Positions 8,263 through 18,473 are shown, numbered from the stretch's first letter. The stretch: DNA of 32,000 nt from Psychrobacter sp. DM4 (GCF_051307035.1 NZ_CP195536.1:720001-752000); one strand, 5' to 3'. The notes: a model not told the origin generated them from the letters alone. Numbers and translations are program-made.

Positions 8263-9639
8263 TTAAAAGGGACGTCCACCACCTCGACTACCGCCATTTG
8301 GATCTTCTTCACTTAAGATAACTTCATCACCGGCTTTTAAACCGCTTAAGATTTGCGCGTTAACTCTATTGTTGATACCGACAGTAACCGTTTGTTCGAC
8401 GACTTCACCCTCAGCTTTAAGCACGCGTACCATCGCTGTAGTAGCATTTGGAGTGCTGTTCTGTACACCTTGAGCGCTCTCTTGAACCGTATTTGGGGGA
8501 AGGGTGTCACTGTTACGCGCCGATGCATTAGGCGCACCTGTTTGTAATGCTGCAGAAGGGATAAGTAAAGCGTTTTTAGCTTCATTGATAACAATATAAA
8601 CTTGTGCCGTCATATCAATGCGAAAGCGGCGCTGAGTATTAGGAACTTCGATATAGCCAACGTAATAAATGGCAGCATCGGTGGAGCTCGTATCGCTGAT
8701 GGTCTCTGGAGCAGGCTCAATCGCTTTTAGGGTTGAATCAAATTTTTCATCAGGATTACCAATAACATTGAAATAAACAGGCATGTTTGCTCGCACATTG
8801 ATGACATCGGCTTCAGAGATTTGCGCATTGATTCTGACAGTAGATAAATCAGCTAGAGTCACAATCGTCGGTGCGGTTTGGTTGGCGTTAACCGTTGTAC
8901 CCTGTTCAGTCGTCACTGAGACGACTGTACCTGATATTGGCGCGCGAATCGTCGTGTAGCTCAGATCCTCTTTAGCCGTATTGACATTGGTTTGCGACTT
9001 ACGTAGCGCAGCTTGTTGACTATTAACATTAGCATCGGCAGTAGCGATAGCGGCTTTGGCAGTATCAATAGCGGCGCGCGCATTAGCAACGGCTGCTTGT
9101 GCGGTTTCGACACTTGTCGCCTGAGTGTCATACTCCTGCTGGGAGATGGCATCGATAGCAACCAAACCTTGCAAGCGTGAAAAGTCTGATTGGGCTTGTC
9201 TTAGTGCCGATTGACGACTAGCAAGATCAGCTTGTGCACTCTTCAGACCAGCTTGACGGCTTAATGTATCCGCCTTAGCGCTTTCGATAGCAGCAACACT
9301 TTGTTCAAGGGTTGCCTGCTCATTACTCAAGTTATTATTTTGCGTCACTTGATCAATTTGAGCGATTAAGTCTCCTTGCTGTACCTCATCACCTACTTCG
9401 ACATAAAGCCGAGTCACTTCACCTGATACCTGTGCGCCGACATCGACTGTATTTAGAGCCTTGACTTTCCCTGAGGCCATGACGTTGTTCTCGATATCGC
9501 CAATCTCGGCTTTTGCCGTCAGATAGTTAGGAGTTTCTGCTTCTGGCTTCAAAAAATAATAGGCTAAAGCCGCTAATGCAATGACAACTAAGGCAATAAT
9601 GCCCCATTTGATAGCAGGTTTCTTTTTCAGTTTGGCCAT
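8263..9639 (-). CDS. macA: MacA-type periplasmic adaptor (HlyD/membrane fusion family)
   Basis: 458 aa with an N-terminal TM anchor (WGIIALVVIALAALAYYF) and a lipoyl-like motif VDVGAQVSGEVTRLYV. It has a long Ala/Gln-rich alpha-hairpin and lies directly upstream of macB. It carries a roughly 35-aa low-complexity insert and a Gly/Arg-rich tail relative to E. coli MacA (371 aa). Confidence 0.88.
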   Translation of the reverse strand: MAKLKKKPAIKWGIIALVVIALAALAYYFLKPEAETPNYLTAKAEIGDIENNVMASGKVKALNTVDVGAQVSGEVTRLYVEVGDEVQQGDLIAQIDQVTQNNNLSNEQATLEQSVAAIESAKADTLSRQAGLKSAQADLASRQSALRQAQSDFSRLQGLVAIDAISQQEYDTQATSVETAQAAVANARAAIDTAKAAIATADANVNSQQAALRKSQTNVNTAKEDLSYTTIRAPISGTVVSVTTEQGTTVNANQTAPTIVTLADLSTVRINAQISEADVINVRANMPVYFNVIGNPDEKFDSTLKAIEPAPETISDTSSTDAAIYYVGYIEVPNTQRRFRIDMTAQVYIVINEAKNALLIPSAALQTGAPNASARNSDTLPPNTVQESAQGVQNSTPNATTAMVRVLKAEGEVVEQTVTVGINNRVNAQILSGLKAGDEVILSEEDPNGGSRGGGRPF

Positions 9640-9904
9640 GATTTAATCCGATTGCGGTGATATCAGGTACAGCTTATGAGGTATAGCTATAGTAAAGGCT
9701 CTATTGCCAAAATGAAACGGTAATTAGTTTGCGAAAGGTTAAGGGCGCAGTAACACAAAACGGACTAAATGTATGACCGAGTTAAATTGTGAATAGAGAA
9801 AGATAGAGAGACTATATTGCAGAAATGCAGAGATTTTAAATAAATATACTTATCTAATGATTAAGGGGACTTGACTGGATACACTATTGATTTTGTCAAA
9901 ATAA

Positions 9905-10936
9905 TCAACTCGCAAACAGTTTATGCCCTGATAGCTCAAGTGCCGCCTGTAATAATAGCTCCCAAGCAGGCTGACGAACCAGACCTTTGATTGCCTGATC
10001 TGAGCGATATAAAAGAGCAGGCCAAGCTGCTGTAGCTTCTCTTAACTGACGGCGGCAAGCTTGCTGATATAGGCTCTGTTTGCTACGCCAAATACCTAAG
10101 CTCTGCGGGTCTTGACCATCCATTAATGCCAAAACCAGTCGCATATCTTTACTAATCGCCCAAAGTACCAAGGTCGTTGGCTCATCAGTCACTTTGAGCT
10201 GAGAGATTATTTTGACGACTTGAGAGGTGTTGCCTGCTAGCATGGCGTCTGACAAATCAAAGACACTAAACTGCGCATCGCTAACCAAAGCTGCTTGCAA
10301 GTCACCAATGTCTAGAGCGACATCATCAGCATTTGCTGCTAGCTTTGGTGCAAAGAGGTATGAGAGTCGCCATAGCGTCTGATAGGCGCTAAGTAGATGA
10401 TGCTCAGTATGTGACATGAGTAGCTGCCAAGCGTCTTGTGATAATCTCAAACCAAACTGCTGAGCTTGAATCTGTAATAACTGCTGGCGTGCCCGTTCAT
10501 CATAAAAGTTACAATCGATGATATAACCGTATTTGGCAAAAGGGGTGAACCATTTACTACTTTGCGCGCGTTTGTCTTGCTTTGGTGTCAGCCAGAGCAG
10601 GCTATTACTATGCGCACCCGTTTGCGCGTCCGTCGCAAAACGCTCTAATTCTGCAATAACCGTTCTATCAGGCTTATGATTGCCTGTCACAATTATTGCG
10701 CTGGCATCATCGAATAAGGACTGACTACCAAGCTCCGATAATACCTCTTGCCAGGTTTTGACTGATATGAGCTCTATACGCTTGATCGTATAATTTTGTG
10801 CTCGCCACTGTGGACGCAGTGCATCTATAAGCCATTGATGAAGTAAGGGCTCATCCCCATGCGCAAGCCACAACCCTGCAACTTGAATATCAGGCTGCAA
10901 TAGTTTGGGATAGGCTTGTATAAAGGACTCTGGCAT
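9905..10936 (-). CDS. holA: DNA polymerase III delta subunit
   Basis: 343 aa, collinear with E. coli HolA (for example FSVFDLSDAMLAGN vs FTPFHWVDALLMGK). It sits in the conserved position after leuS-lptE. Confidence 0.85.
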   Translation of the reverse strand: MPESFIQAYPKLLQPDIQVAGLWLAHGDEPLLHQWLIDALRPQWRAQNYTIKRIELISVKTWQEVLSELGSQSLFDDASAIIVTGNHKPDRTVIAELERFATDAQTGAHSNSLLWLTPKQDKRAQSSKWFTPFAKYGYIIDCNFYDERARQQLLQIQAQQFGLRLSQDAWQLLMSHTEHHLLSAYQTLWRLSYLFAPKLAANADDVALDIGDLQAALVSDAQFSVFDLSDAMLAGNTSQVVKIISQLKVTDEPTTLVLWAISKDMRLVLALMDGQDPQSLGIWRSKQSLYQQACRRQLREATAAWPALLYRSDQAIKGLVRQPAWELLLQAALELSGHKLFAS

Positions 10937-10966
10937 AAAGGGGTCAATTTATTAAAAAGGGCAAAC

Positions 10967-11635
10967 TTAAGGGTCAGGCGTCACTATAGTTGGCGTTATG
11001 ACGATAGGGGTTCTAGAGTTTTCTATCGCTCGTGATGCTGCCTGATTAGTGGCAGGCGCGACTTTGGGTAGTCCAATAGCGACGTATTGATCGGTAATGC
11101 GGCGCGCTAAGCTATCATACAACCAGTCACGTATTTGACTGCCTTGTTGATCATCAGTGCTGACAGAGGCCTCATTGTACTGATAACTGCGCTCCACTTG
11201 AATCGGGTTAGATAGGGTAATGGGCTGTCCGTTATGTGTGGTCTGATAGGTAACATCAGCCGTCAGCACCAAGCGAATCTCTGTTAAAACACCCACCAAC
11301 TCGTAACGTCTAAAACGCACATTATTGACAGCGATGGTCGCGATTTGATTAGAAGCGTTGGTGATATCCCCTGAATTCTCAATGATGGTCATAGCGTCGA
11401 CAACAGTAACGCCCAAAGCCTCTAGGCGACGAGTAAGCGGTAGCTCAAGTGGGAATGAGATGCGATTGTCTTCAATAATAATAGCAGTCTCAGGGGCTTC
11501 AAAACGCAGTGGCGCTTCATAACCGCGCAACTGAAAGCCGCAACCACTCAAACTAGCGCCAGCTCCCAGCATAGCAACCATCGGTAAGCTGGCAAGAAGT
11601 GCAGACGCTAGTTTATTTTTGCCTTTTTTTTGCAT
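10967..11635 (-). CDS. lptE: LPS-assembly lipoprotein LptE
   Basis: 222 aa with a lipoprotein signal peptide and lipobox LSGC followed by GFQLRG, the characteristic LptE start. It lies in the conserved leuS-lptE-holA order. The tail is Pro/Thr-rich. Confidence 0.85.
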   Translation of the reverse strand: MQKKGKNKLASALLASLPMVAMLGAGASLSGCGFQLRGYEAPLRFEAPETAIIIEDNRISFPLELPLTRRLEALGVTVVDAMTIIENSGDITNASNQIATIAVNNVRFRRYELVGVLTEIRLVLTADVTYQTTHNGQPITLSNPIQVERSYQYNEASVSTDDQQGSQIRDWLYDSLARRITDQYVAIGLPKVAPATNQAASRAIENSRTPIVITPTIVTPDP

Positions 11636-11705
11636 GAGCTTATATCCTTGTGTGCTATTTTGCAGGGTTATGAGCGTTCACTATTGAATCGACTACACTT
11701 AGCAT

Positions 11706-14432
11706 TTAGCCAACGACGACAATATTGACCAGCTTATTAGGAACGACAATCTCTTTTTTGATTTGACCGGTAATGAATTTAGCAACGCTTTCAAGCTCGC
11801 GAGCTTGTACTTTTAGTGCTTCAGGATCGCTGTTAGGTGCTACATCCATTCTACCGCGTACTTTGCCATTGATTTGCACGACCATCGTGATCGTATCTTG
11901 TACTAAAGCGCTAGCATCGATAGTAGGATAATCTAGTGCTTGAGTGTCGAGCCCTAATTGCTCAAGTAAGTGCTCACCAACATGCGGCGCGTAGACCGAC
12001 AACATAATAAGCAGATCAATAAGCGCTTCATGCTGTACTTGTAAGTCCTGCTCTCCAGTTACCCTAAAGCTTGCCAGCTCGTTAGAGAGCTCCATAAGGC
12101 TTGATACTGGTGTATTAAGCGCCAAGCGCTCGCCCAAATCATTGTCAATTTTGCCAATCGTTTCGTGAGTCTTACGGCGTAGACTTTTGGCCTCTTTACT
12201 CAAACTATCAACAGTTAACGTAGTATTGTTGAGCGTGTTTAGATCTAAGTTTGCAGCTGTCAGAGCTTGCATATGATCATTTGCAATGCGCCAGACTTTT
12301 TTGACGAAATTATAAGGACCTTTGAGGGCATCATCTGACCATTCAAGGGTTTGATCGGCAGGCGCGGTAAATAGCGTGTACAAGCGCACCGTGTCTGCGC
12401 CATACTGATCTATCGTGGTTTGTGGATCAACGCCGTTATTTTTTGACTTAGACATTTTCTCTATTTTACCGATGGTCACAGGCATGCCATCCGCTTTTAA
12501 AATCGCTTTGATCGGTTGACCGCGCTCGTTGTAGTCGATATCGACATCATCGGCGAAATAATACGTAGTACTGCCATCGCTATTGACACGGTTAAACGTG
12601 CCCGCAAGCACCATGCCTTGAGTCATCAGATTAGCAAAGGGCTCATCACCAGATACTAAGTTTTCGTCGCGCATGAGCTTATGAAAAAAGCGGGCATAGA
12701 GCAGATGCATAACCGCGTGTTCAACACCGCCCACATACTGATCGACGGGCAACCATTTATTCGCCGCTGACTTGTTGACCATGTTCTGCGCATCGTTCGG
12801 ACTAGCAAAACGGGCATAGTACCAGCTCGATTCAACAAAAGTATCAAAGGTATCGGTCTCACGCTCAGCGGGATTACCACATTTAGGGCAGCTGGTATTG
12901 ACAAACTCTGGGATGTTTTTGAGTGGATTGCCGCGACCATCAGGGACAACATCAGTCGGCAATACTACAGGCAAGTCCTGCTCTTCAACAGGCACCGTAC
13001 CGCAATTCTCGCAATTGACCATTGGAATAGGGCAGCCCCAATAGCGCTGACGCGAGACGCCCCAATCACGCAAACGGTACTGAATCTTTTTGTTAGCAAG
13101 CTCTTTTGGCTCCAGTTTTGCGAGCATAGCGTCAAACGCTTGCTCAAAATTTAACCCATCAAATTCGCCTGAATTAACCAAAGTATTGCGCTCGGTATAG
13201 GCTAGATTGACATCGATGCCATCAGCTTCTGCAGCAGCCTTCAAGGTATCAAAATAGCCCTCAGGGGTATCGATGACCTGCTTAATAGGGAGATCGTATT
13301 TAACCGCAAATTCATAATCGCGCTCGTCGTGGGCAGGCACAGCCATAACCGCGCCTGAGCCATAACTCATCAAGACGTAATTGGCAACCCAAACAGGCAC
13401 TTTTTCACCTGTCAATGGATGCGTCACTGTCAGCCCCGTATCCATACCGATCTTTTCGGCTTTGGCAAGATCCGCTTCGGCAACAGAGCCTTTTTTGCAT
13501 AAGGCGTTGAACTGCGCGATAACTTCATCGTTTTCAGCCGCATACTGCGCTAGTGGATGCTCGGCGGCAACCGCAACATAAGTGACACCCATCAAAGTAT
13601 CAGGACGGGTCGTAAACACATCTAAGGTATTGTCCTGACCTTCGATCTGATAAGGAAAATGTACCTCCATACCTGCACTACGACCGATCCAGTTGCGCTG
13701 CATGGTCAGCACTTCTGCTGGCCAGTGACCTTCTAGCTGATCTAAATCATCTAGCAACTCATCTGCATAGTTAGTAATATTAAAGTAGTACATCGGAATA
13801 TCGCGCTTCTCAACAGGCGCGCCACTTCGCCAGCCTTTACCATCGATGACTTGCTCATTCGCTAGCACTGTATTGTCAACCGGATCCCAGTTGACAGTCG
13901 CAAGCTTCTTGTACACGAGGCCTTTTTTGTACAATTGCAAAAACAACCACTGCTCCCACTGATAGTACTCAGGGCTACAAGTGGCAAATTCGCGGGACCA
14001 ATCAACCGACAAACCAAGTAATTTAAGCTGCGCGCGCATGCTTTCGATATTAGCAAACGTCCACTCGGCAGGTGGGGTTTTATTGGCAATCGCGGCGTTC
14101 TCAGCAGGTAAACCAAAACCGTCCCAGCCCATAGGTTGCATGACCTCGAAACCTTTTAGGCGGTAATAGCGGCTGAGTACATCAGATATCGTATAGTTAC
14201 GCACATGACCCATGTGCAGCTTACCGCTAGGGTAAGGGAACATCGATAGCATATAACGGCTAGGCTTGTCGCTTGGCTCATTGCTCACCTCGAAACGCTT
14301 GTCCGTCGCCCATTTGGCCTGCTGCTGTGCTTCTATAAGCTGCGGCTGATACTGGTTGTTATCGTTATCTCTATTGTTAAGACTATCTGTAGGATTGGTA
14401 TTACTTGGGTCTGCTGTCACGGCGTTGTTCAT
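11706..14432 (-). CDS. leuS: Leucyl-tRNA synthetase
   Basis: 908 aa with the HIGH motif (HMGHVRNY) and KMSKS motif (KMSKSKNNG) and CP1 editing-domain blocks. It is collinear with E. coli LeuRS but has a roughly 23-aa Asn/Asp-rich N-terminal extension. Confidence 0.96.
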   Translation of the reverse strand: MNNAVTADPSNTNPTDSLNNRDNDNNQYQPQLIEAQQQAKWATDKRFEVSNEPSDKPSRYMLSMFPYPSGKLHMGHVRNYTISDVLSRYYRLKGFEVMQPMGWDGFGLPAENAAIANKTPPAEWTFANIESMRAQLKLLGLSVDWSREFATCSPEYYQWEQWLFLQLYKKGLVYKKLATVNWDPVDNTVLANEQVIDGKGWRSGAPVEKRDIPMYYFNITNYADELLDDLDQLEGHWPAEVLTMQRNWIGRSAGMEVHFPYQIEGQDNTLDVFTTRPDTLMGVTYVAVAAEHPLAQYAAENDEVIAQFNALCKKGSVAEADLAKAEKIGMDTGLTVTHPLTGEKVPVWVANYVLMSYGSGAVMAVPAHDERDYEFAVKYDLPIKQVIDTPEGYFDTLKAAAEADGIDVNLAYTERNTLVNSGEFDGLNFEQAFDAMLAKLEPKELANKKIQYRLRDWGVSRQRYWGCPIPMVNCENCGTVPVEEQDLPVVLPTDVVPDGRGNPLKNIPEFVNTSCPKCGNPAERETDTFDTFVESSWYYARFASPNDAQNMVNKSAANKWLPVDQYVGGVEHAVMHLLYARFFHKLMRDENLVSGDEPFANLMTQGMVLAGTFNRVNSDGSTTYYFADDVDIDYNERGQPIKAILKADGMPVTIGKIEKMSKSKNNGVDPQTTIDQYGADTVRLYTLFTAPADQTLEWSDDALKGPYNFVKKVWRIANDHMQALTAANLDLNTLNNTTLTVDSLSKEAKSLRRKTHETIGKIDNDLGERLALNTPVSSLMELSNELASFRVTGEQDLQVQHEALIDLLIMLSVYAPHVGEHLLEQLGLDTQALDYPTIDASALVQDTITMVVQINGKVRGRMDVAPNSDPEALKVQARELESVAKFITGQIKKEIVVPNKLVNIVVVG

Positions 14433-14590
14433 AATTGGCTCAAAGTTGTATATTTTAATAAAAATTTAGATACGCTAGAATAGCGCAAATCGCTTAAAAA
14501 TGCGATGGGGCAGCGCAATAATAGACTGATCGAAAATAAGTGCCTCACTCTGTCAGTTTTGACAAAGTCTACGAAAATAAAGGAATCACA

Positions 14591-14962
14591 ATGACTATTA
14601 CTATCTACGGTATTAAATCCTGTAGCACGATGAAAAAGGCGTTTGCCAAACTCGATGAATTGAGCGTTGACTACAGTTTTCACGATTATAAAAAGCAGGG
14701 TGTAAATAAAATAGACGTACAGCACTGGGTCGATGCGCTTGGAGTAGACAAAGTGCTTAATAAGCGCGGGATGACATGGCGTAAACTAACCGATGAGCAA
14801 AAACAAGCGGCTGATGCGACAGTCGAGGATGCGATTGATCTGCTAGTCGTAAATACCAGTATGATTAAAAGGCCTATAGTAGAAGGTCAATTTGCAGGTC
14901 GTTCAGTACTGCTTTGCGGCTTTGATGAAGAAGCTTTTGATAGTGCTTTTCATCAAAACTAG
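14591..14962 (+). CDS. yffB: ArsC/Spx-family thiol reductase, YffB-like
   Basis: The track ORF starts at a GTG (14540). The ATG at 14591 has an AAGGA SD and gives MTITIYGIKSCSTMKKA..., collinear with E. coli YffB (MITLYGIKNCDTIKKA; TRGTTWRKL vs KRGMTWRKL). Confidence 0.85.
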   Translation: MTITIYGIKSCSTMKKAFAKLDELSVDYSFHDYKKQGVNKIDVQHWVDALGVDKVLNKRGMTWRKLTDEQKQAADATVEDAIDLLVVNTSMIKRPIVEGQFAGRSVLLCGFDEEAFDSAFHQN

Positions 14963-14994
14963 TTTTCACTTAAAAAGTACAGCTTTAGGGTTTA

Positions 14995-15021
14995 TTAATC
15001 TATAATAGTTTTATAGATTAA
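14995..15021. promoter_or_regulatory. Perfect 11-bp inverted repeat overlapping a TATAAT hexamer; candidate operator/promoter of the downstream secreted-protein gene
   Basis: ttaatctataa-tagtt-ttatagattaa. The left arm contains TATAAT (15001-15006), 56 nt upstream of the ATG at 15062. The -35 region is poor (tacagc). Confidence 0.4.
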
Positions 15022-15061
15022 AGTTCGCTATTCATAAATCATAACTGACAAGGACCACACC

Positions 15062-15421
15062 ATGAAAAAGTTACTATTGCTCTCTACGCTGGCAGCACTA
15101 CCATTGATGACAATGAACGCACAAGCGGCAGAGCCCTCGACCAAAATTACTTTTGCCGATAACAGTTATTGCGGCAGCTTTACAGGTAATATCAAAAACG
15201 GTAAAGAGTTCCGTTTGTGGCTTATGGCCAATCAAAATCTGGTTATTCGCAACGTTGGGGACGATCAGATCAGCGTGGCTTACGTTACAGGACCCAATGG
15301 GCGCCTGAGTGGCGATCGTTATGACAATGAAAATTCGTATTTCACTGAGCGTAAAGGCAACCATCGTATGAAAGTATATGGCACTAGTAGTCATAGCTCA
15401 GTTGAGTTCTGTGCATATTAA
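15062..15421 (+). CDS. Small secreted protein of unknown function
   Basis: 119 aa with a Sec signal peptide MKKLLLLSTLAALPLMTMNAQA|AE. The mature protein of about 97 aa has one Cys near each end (C37, C117) and a beta-rich pattern. No family is recognised with confidence. A strong terminator follows. Confidence 0.7.
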   Translation: MKKLLLLSTLAALPLMTMNAQAAEPSTKITFADNSYCGSFTGNIKNGKEFRLWLMANQNLVIRNVGDDQISVAYVTGPNGRLSGDRYDNENSYFTERKGNHRMKVYGTSSHSSVEFCAY

Positions 15422-15448
15422 TTCGTTATAGCAGTAGTTGAGACCAAT

Positions 15449-15485
15449 AAAAAAGCCCAAGCTGATAATATTAGCTTGGGCTTTT
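15449..15485. terminator. Bidirectional rho-independent terminator between the secreted-protein gene (+) and argB (-)
   Basis: A6-gcccaagct-gataatatt-agcttgggc-T4. It lies between convergent stop codons at 15421 and 15517. Confidence 0.85.
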
Positions 15486-15516
15486 ACGTTTATGCGTTTA
15501 TATTTATATTAGTGGT

Positions 15517-16437
<921 letters not shown>

Positions 16438-16535
16438 CTAAAATGTAGTGTTAGTATCTTAAGTACAGAAATACTTTTATTAAAAAATTATTGATTATAA
16501 AACGGGTTACTCACTAAAAATGTTATTCAAAATAA

Positions 16536-18473
16536 TTATTCAGGATCAATGGCGGCAATTTGCTCCGCTAAGTCTTGATCGATCCACTCGCAAATAGCCA
16601 CGAATTGCGCTTGAATATTCTGAAGATCGGTGGTGCTATCTGCCGCAAAACGCACCGTTAGACTCTGGCTCGTATTTGATTGACGTAGTACGCCAAAACC
16701 GCGCGCAAAATCTAAACGCACCCCATCAATGCAGGTTATCTGTGTACCCTCTGGTAATAATTGCTGTGCTTGAGCGGTGGTCGCATATGGTAAACAGCAG
16801 GTATCGAGGCACTTCGTTAAAGGGTGTGAAGTGTTTTTCTCAACTTCACTATTATGATCAACAGAATGGTTATCGCTAATAGAAGTATGAACTAAACGTT
16901 GTAGATGGTGACAGTGCGTCGCCAAGCGTTTTATGATGGAGCACTCCGTCGATACCTCGGTAGCCATAGGAAGATAGTGGTCTGAGGTTATTACTATATC
17001 GGGTAGCTGGCTAGTAATATCAGTCAAACGATACAGGTCGGAGAGGTTTATCGGCGTGCCCAAAGCATCAAAAGCAGGCGACAAGGTGTGGTTGTGATCT
17101 GAGGTATAAGCGAGCCAATGGAGTAGTCGCAAGCCTGCGTACATCGCATCATCATAAGCGGTAAAATAACCGTCATTAAAGATAAAGTGCCCGGACAACT
17201 CTCCTGCAAATACAATGTGACTATCGTAAGATCTAAGTCGCTCCCGCATAAAACCACTGCCCGTTCTACTCATAACAGGCGCGGCGCCCAACGCTTCTAA
17301 TAAAACAGGCAGGTGGTGTGAGCATTTGACATCGAATAACACTTGCGGCGTTCGCTCGTTGTTCGTATCAGTACGAGCATCTATATCGTTATTATTGACA
17401 GAATGGTCGCCGCTCTTATTATAATGTGCTGGTTCGATTTCATGAAGACGAGACTCTGGACGTTCAGTAATTGCTACCCTTGCCAATAAATAGAGTAGAT
17501 GATCTGACATCACAACCTTTCCGCTATCATCAACGATCATCAGCCGATCGCCATCACCATCAAAAGCAAGGCCGATATCAGCTTGGTTGACAATGACCAT
17601 CTGTTGTAACTCTGCTAAGCGATTGGCCTCAGTAGGGTCAGGGTTGCCCATAGGAAAACTACCGTCAGGGGTGTCGTTAATAATAATAACGCGCTGGCAA
17701 AATGTTGTGAATAGAGGCGCTGCAATGCGACTGGTTGCGCCATGCATACAATCGATAACGACAGTCATATCGAGCTTTTGCTTGAGAGACTGCTTAGCCG
17801 CTACTCTTTTGTGACCAGAGTTTTCAGGACTAGCGTTTTTTTGACTAGCGTTTTTGTGATTATACTTATGGCTATAAATGTCGGAAAATACTCGCTTAAT
17901 GGTTTCGATGTAGGGTGCGGCTACGGCATCAGTAGGCAAGCTGATGACAGTAGGTGAGTTGTTTACAGGTATGTTTAAGTGAGTTAGCTCTTCTCTGGGC
18001 GCCGCGCATACTAAGTCTTGATAAAGTGCTTTGATAGCGGCCTCACTAGGAGAGGCATTCTCATACAACCACTTAATACCTAAAATGTCTCTATGAGAAT
18101 GACTGGCAGTCACCATAATGCCATGACCATTATACTGCTCAGTCCAAAATGCCATCATTGGCGTGGTGATAAGGCCCAAATAGAAGACCTGAAGCCCTTG
18201 TTGTTGTAGACGTTCTGCCAGTGCTTCAGCAATACACTCGCTACCGCAGCGCACGTCAAAACCTAGGATAACGGTGGTCTCTTTTGCTCGATATTGAGAG
18301 GAAAATTCGTTAGTCGTGGCGGGTTTGTCGTGAGAATAGTTAGTAGGGTTACGAGTATATAGCCGAAAAAAAGCGTCGCCTAGTGCCTGTATAAAACCAG
18401 CGGTAAAGTACTGTTTATCGCCGCGAATGTCATAGGCACGAAACAAGGAGTGCTGCGTAGCAAAGGGCTGCAT
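16536..18473 (-). CDS. Phosphomannomutase/phosphoglucomutase (alpha-D-phosphohexomutase), unusually long, with low-complexity inserts
   Basis: 645 aa against about 460 aa for AlgC/ManB. The order is FRAYDIRG, catalytic loop GIMVTASHSH, metal loop AFDGDGDRLMIVD, sugar loop GELSGHFIF and phosphate loop LRQSNTSQSLTVRF. It sits in the dut-PMM-argB position. Confidence 0.85.
   Translation of the reverse strand: MQPFATQHSLFRAYDIRGDKQYFTAGFIQALGDAFFRLYTRNPTNYSHDKPATTNEFSSQYRAKETTVILGFDVRCGSECIAEALAERLQQQGLQVFYLGLITTPMMAFWTEQYNGHGIMVTASHSHRDILGIKWLYENASPSEAAIKALYQDLVCAAPREELTHLNIPVNNSPTVISLPTDAVAAPYIETIKRVFSDIYSHKYNHKNASQKNASPENSGHKRVAAKQSLKQKLDMTVVIDCMHGATSRIAAPLFTTFCQRVIIINDTPDGSFPMGNPDPTEANRLAELQQMVIVNQADIGLAFDGDGDRLMIVDDSGKVVMSDHLLYLLARVAITERPESRLHEIEPAHYNKSGDHSVNNNDIDARTDTNNERTPQVLFDVKCSHHLPVLLEALGAAPVMSRTGSGFMRERLRSYDSHIVFAGELSGHFIFNDGYFTAYDDAMYAGLRLLHWLAYTSDHNHTLSPAFDALGTPINLSDLYRLTDITSQLPDIVITSDHYLPMATEVSTECSIIKRLATHCHHLQRLVHTSISDNHSVDHNSEVEKNTSHPLTKCLDTCCLPYATTAQAQQLLPEGTQITCIDGVRLDFARGFGVLRQSNTSQSLTVRFAADSTTDLQNIQAQFVAICEWIDQDLAEQIAAIDPE

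Noticed and set aside
16521-16543. An ARG-box-like sequence on the minus strand (cCTGAATAATTATTTTGAATAACA) about 95-115 nt upstream of argB, overlapping the phosphohexomutase stop codon.
   Set aside because: Only the left half (TGAATAATTAT) fits the TNTGAATWWWWATTCANW consensus. The right half-site is wrong and there is no properly spaced second box. The region is simply AT-rich. It is worth a glance only if an ArgR orthologue exists in the genome.
16536-18473. The possibility that the extra ~180 aa in the phosphohexomutase are an intein or an inserted domain.
   Set aside because: The extra sequence is split into three short low-complexity patches. It has no Cys/Ser...His-Asn splice-junction motifs or endonuclease blocks. 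It looks like expanded loops.
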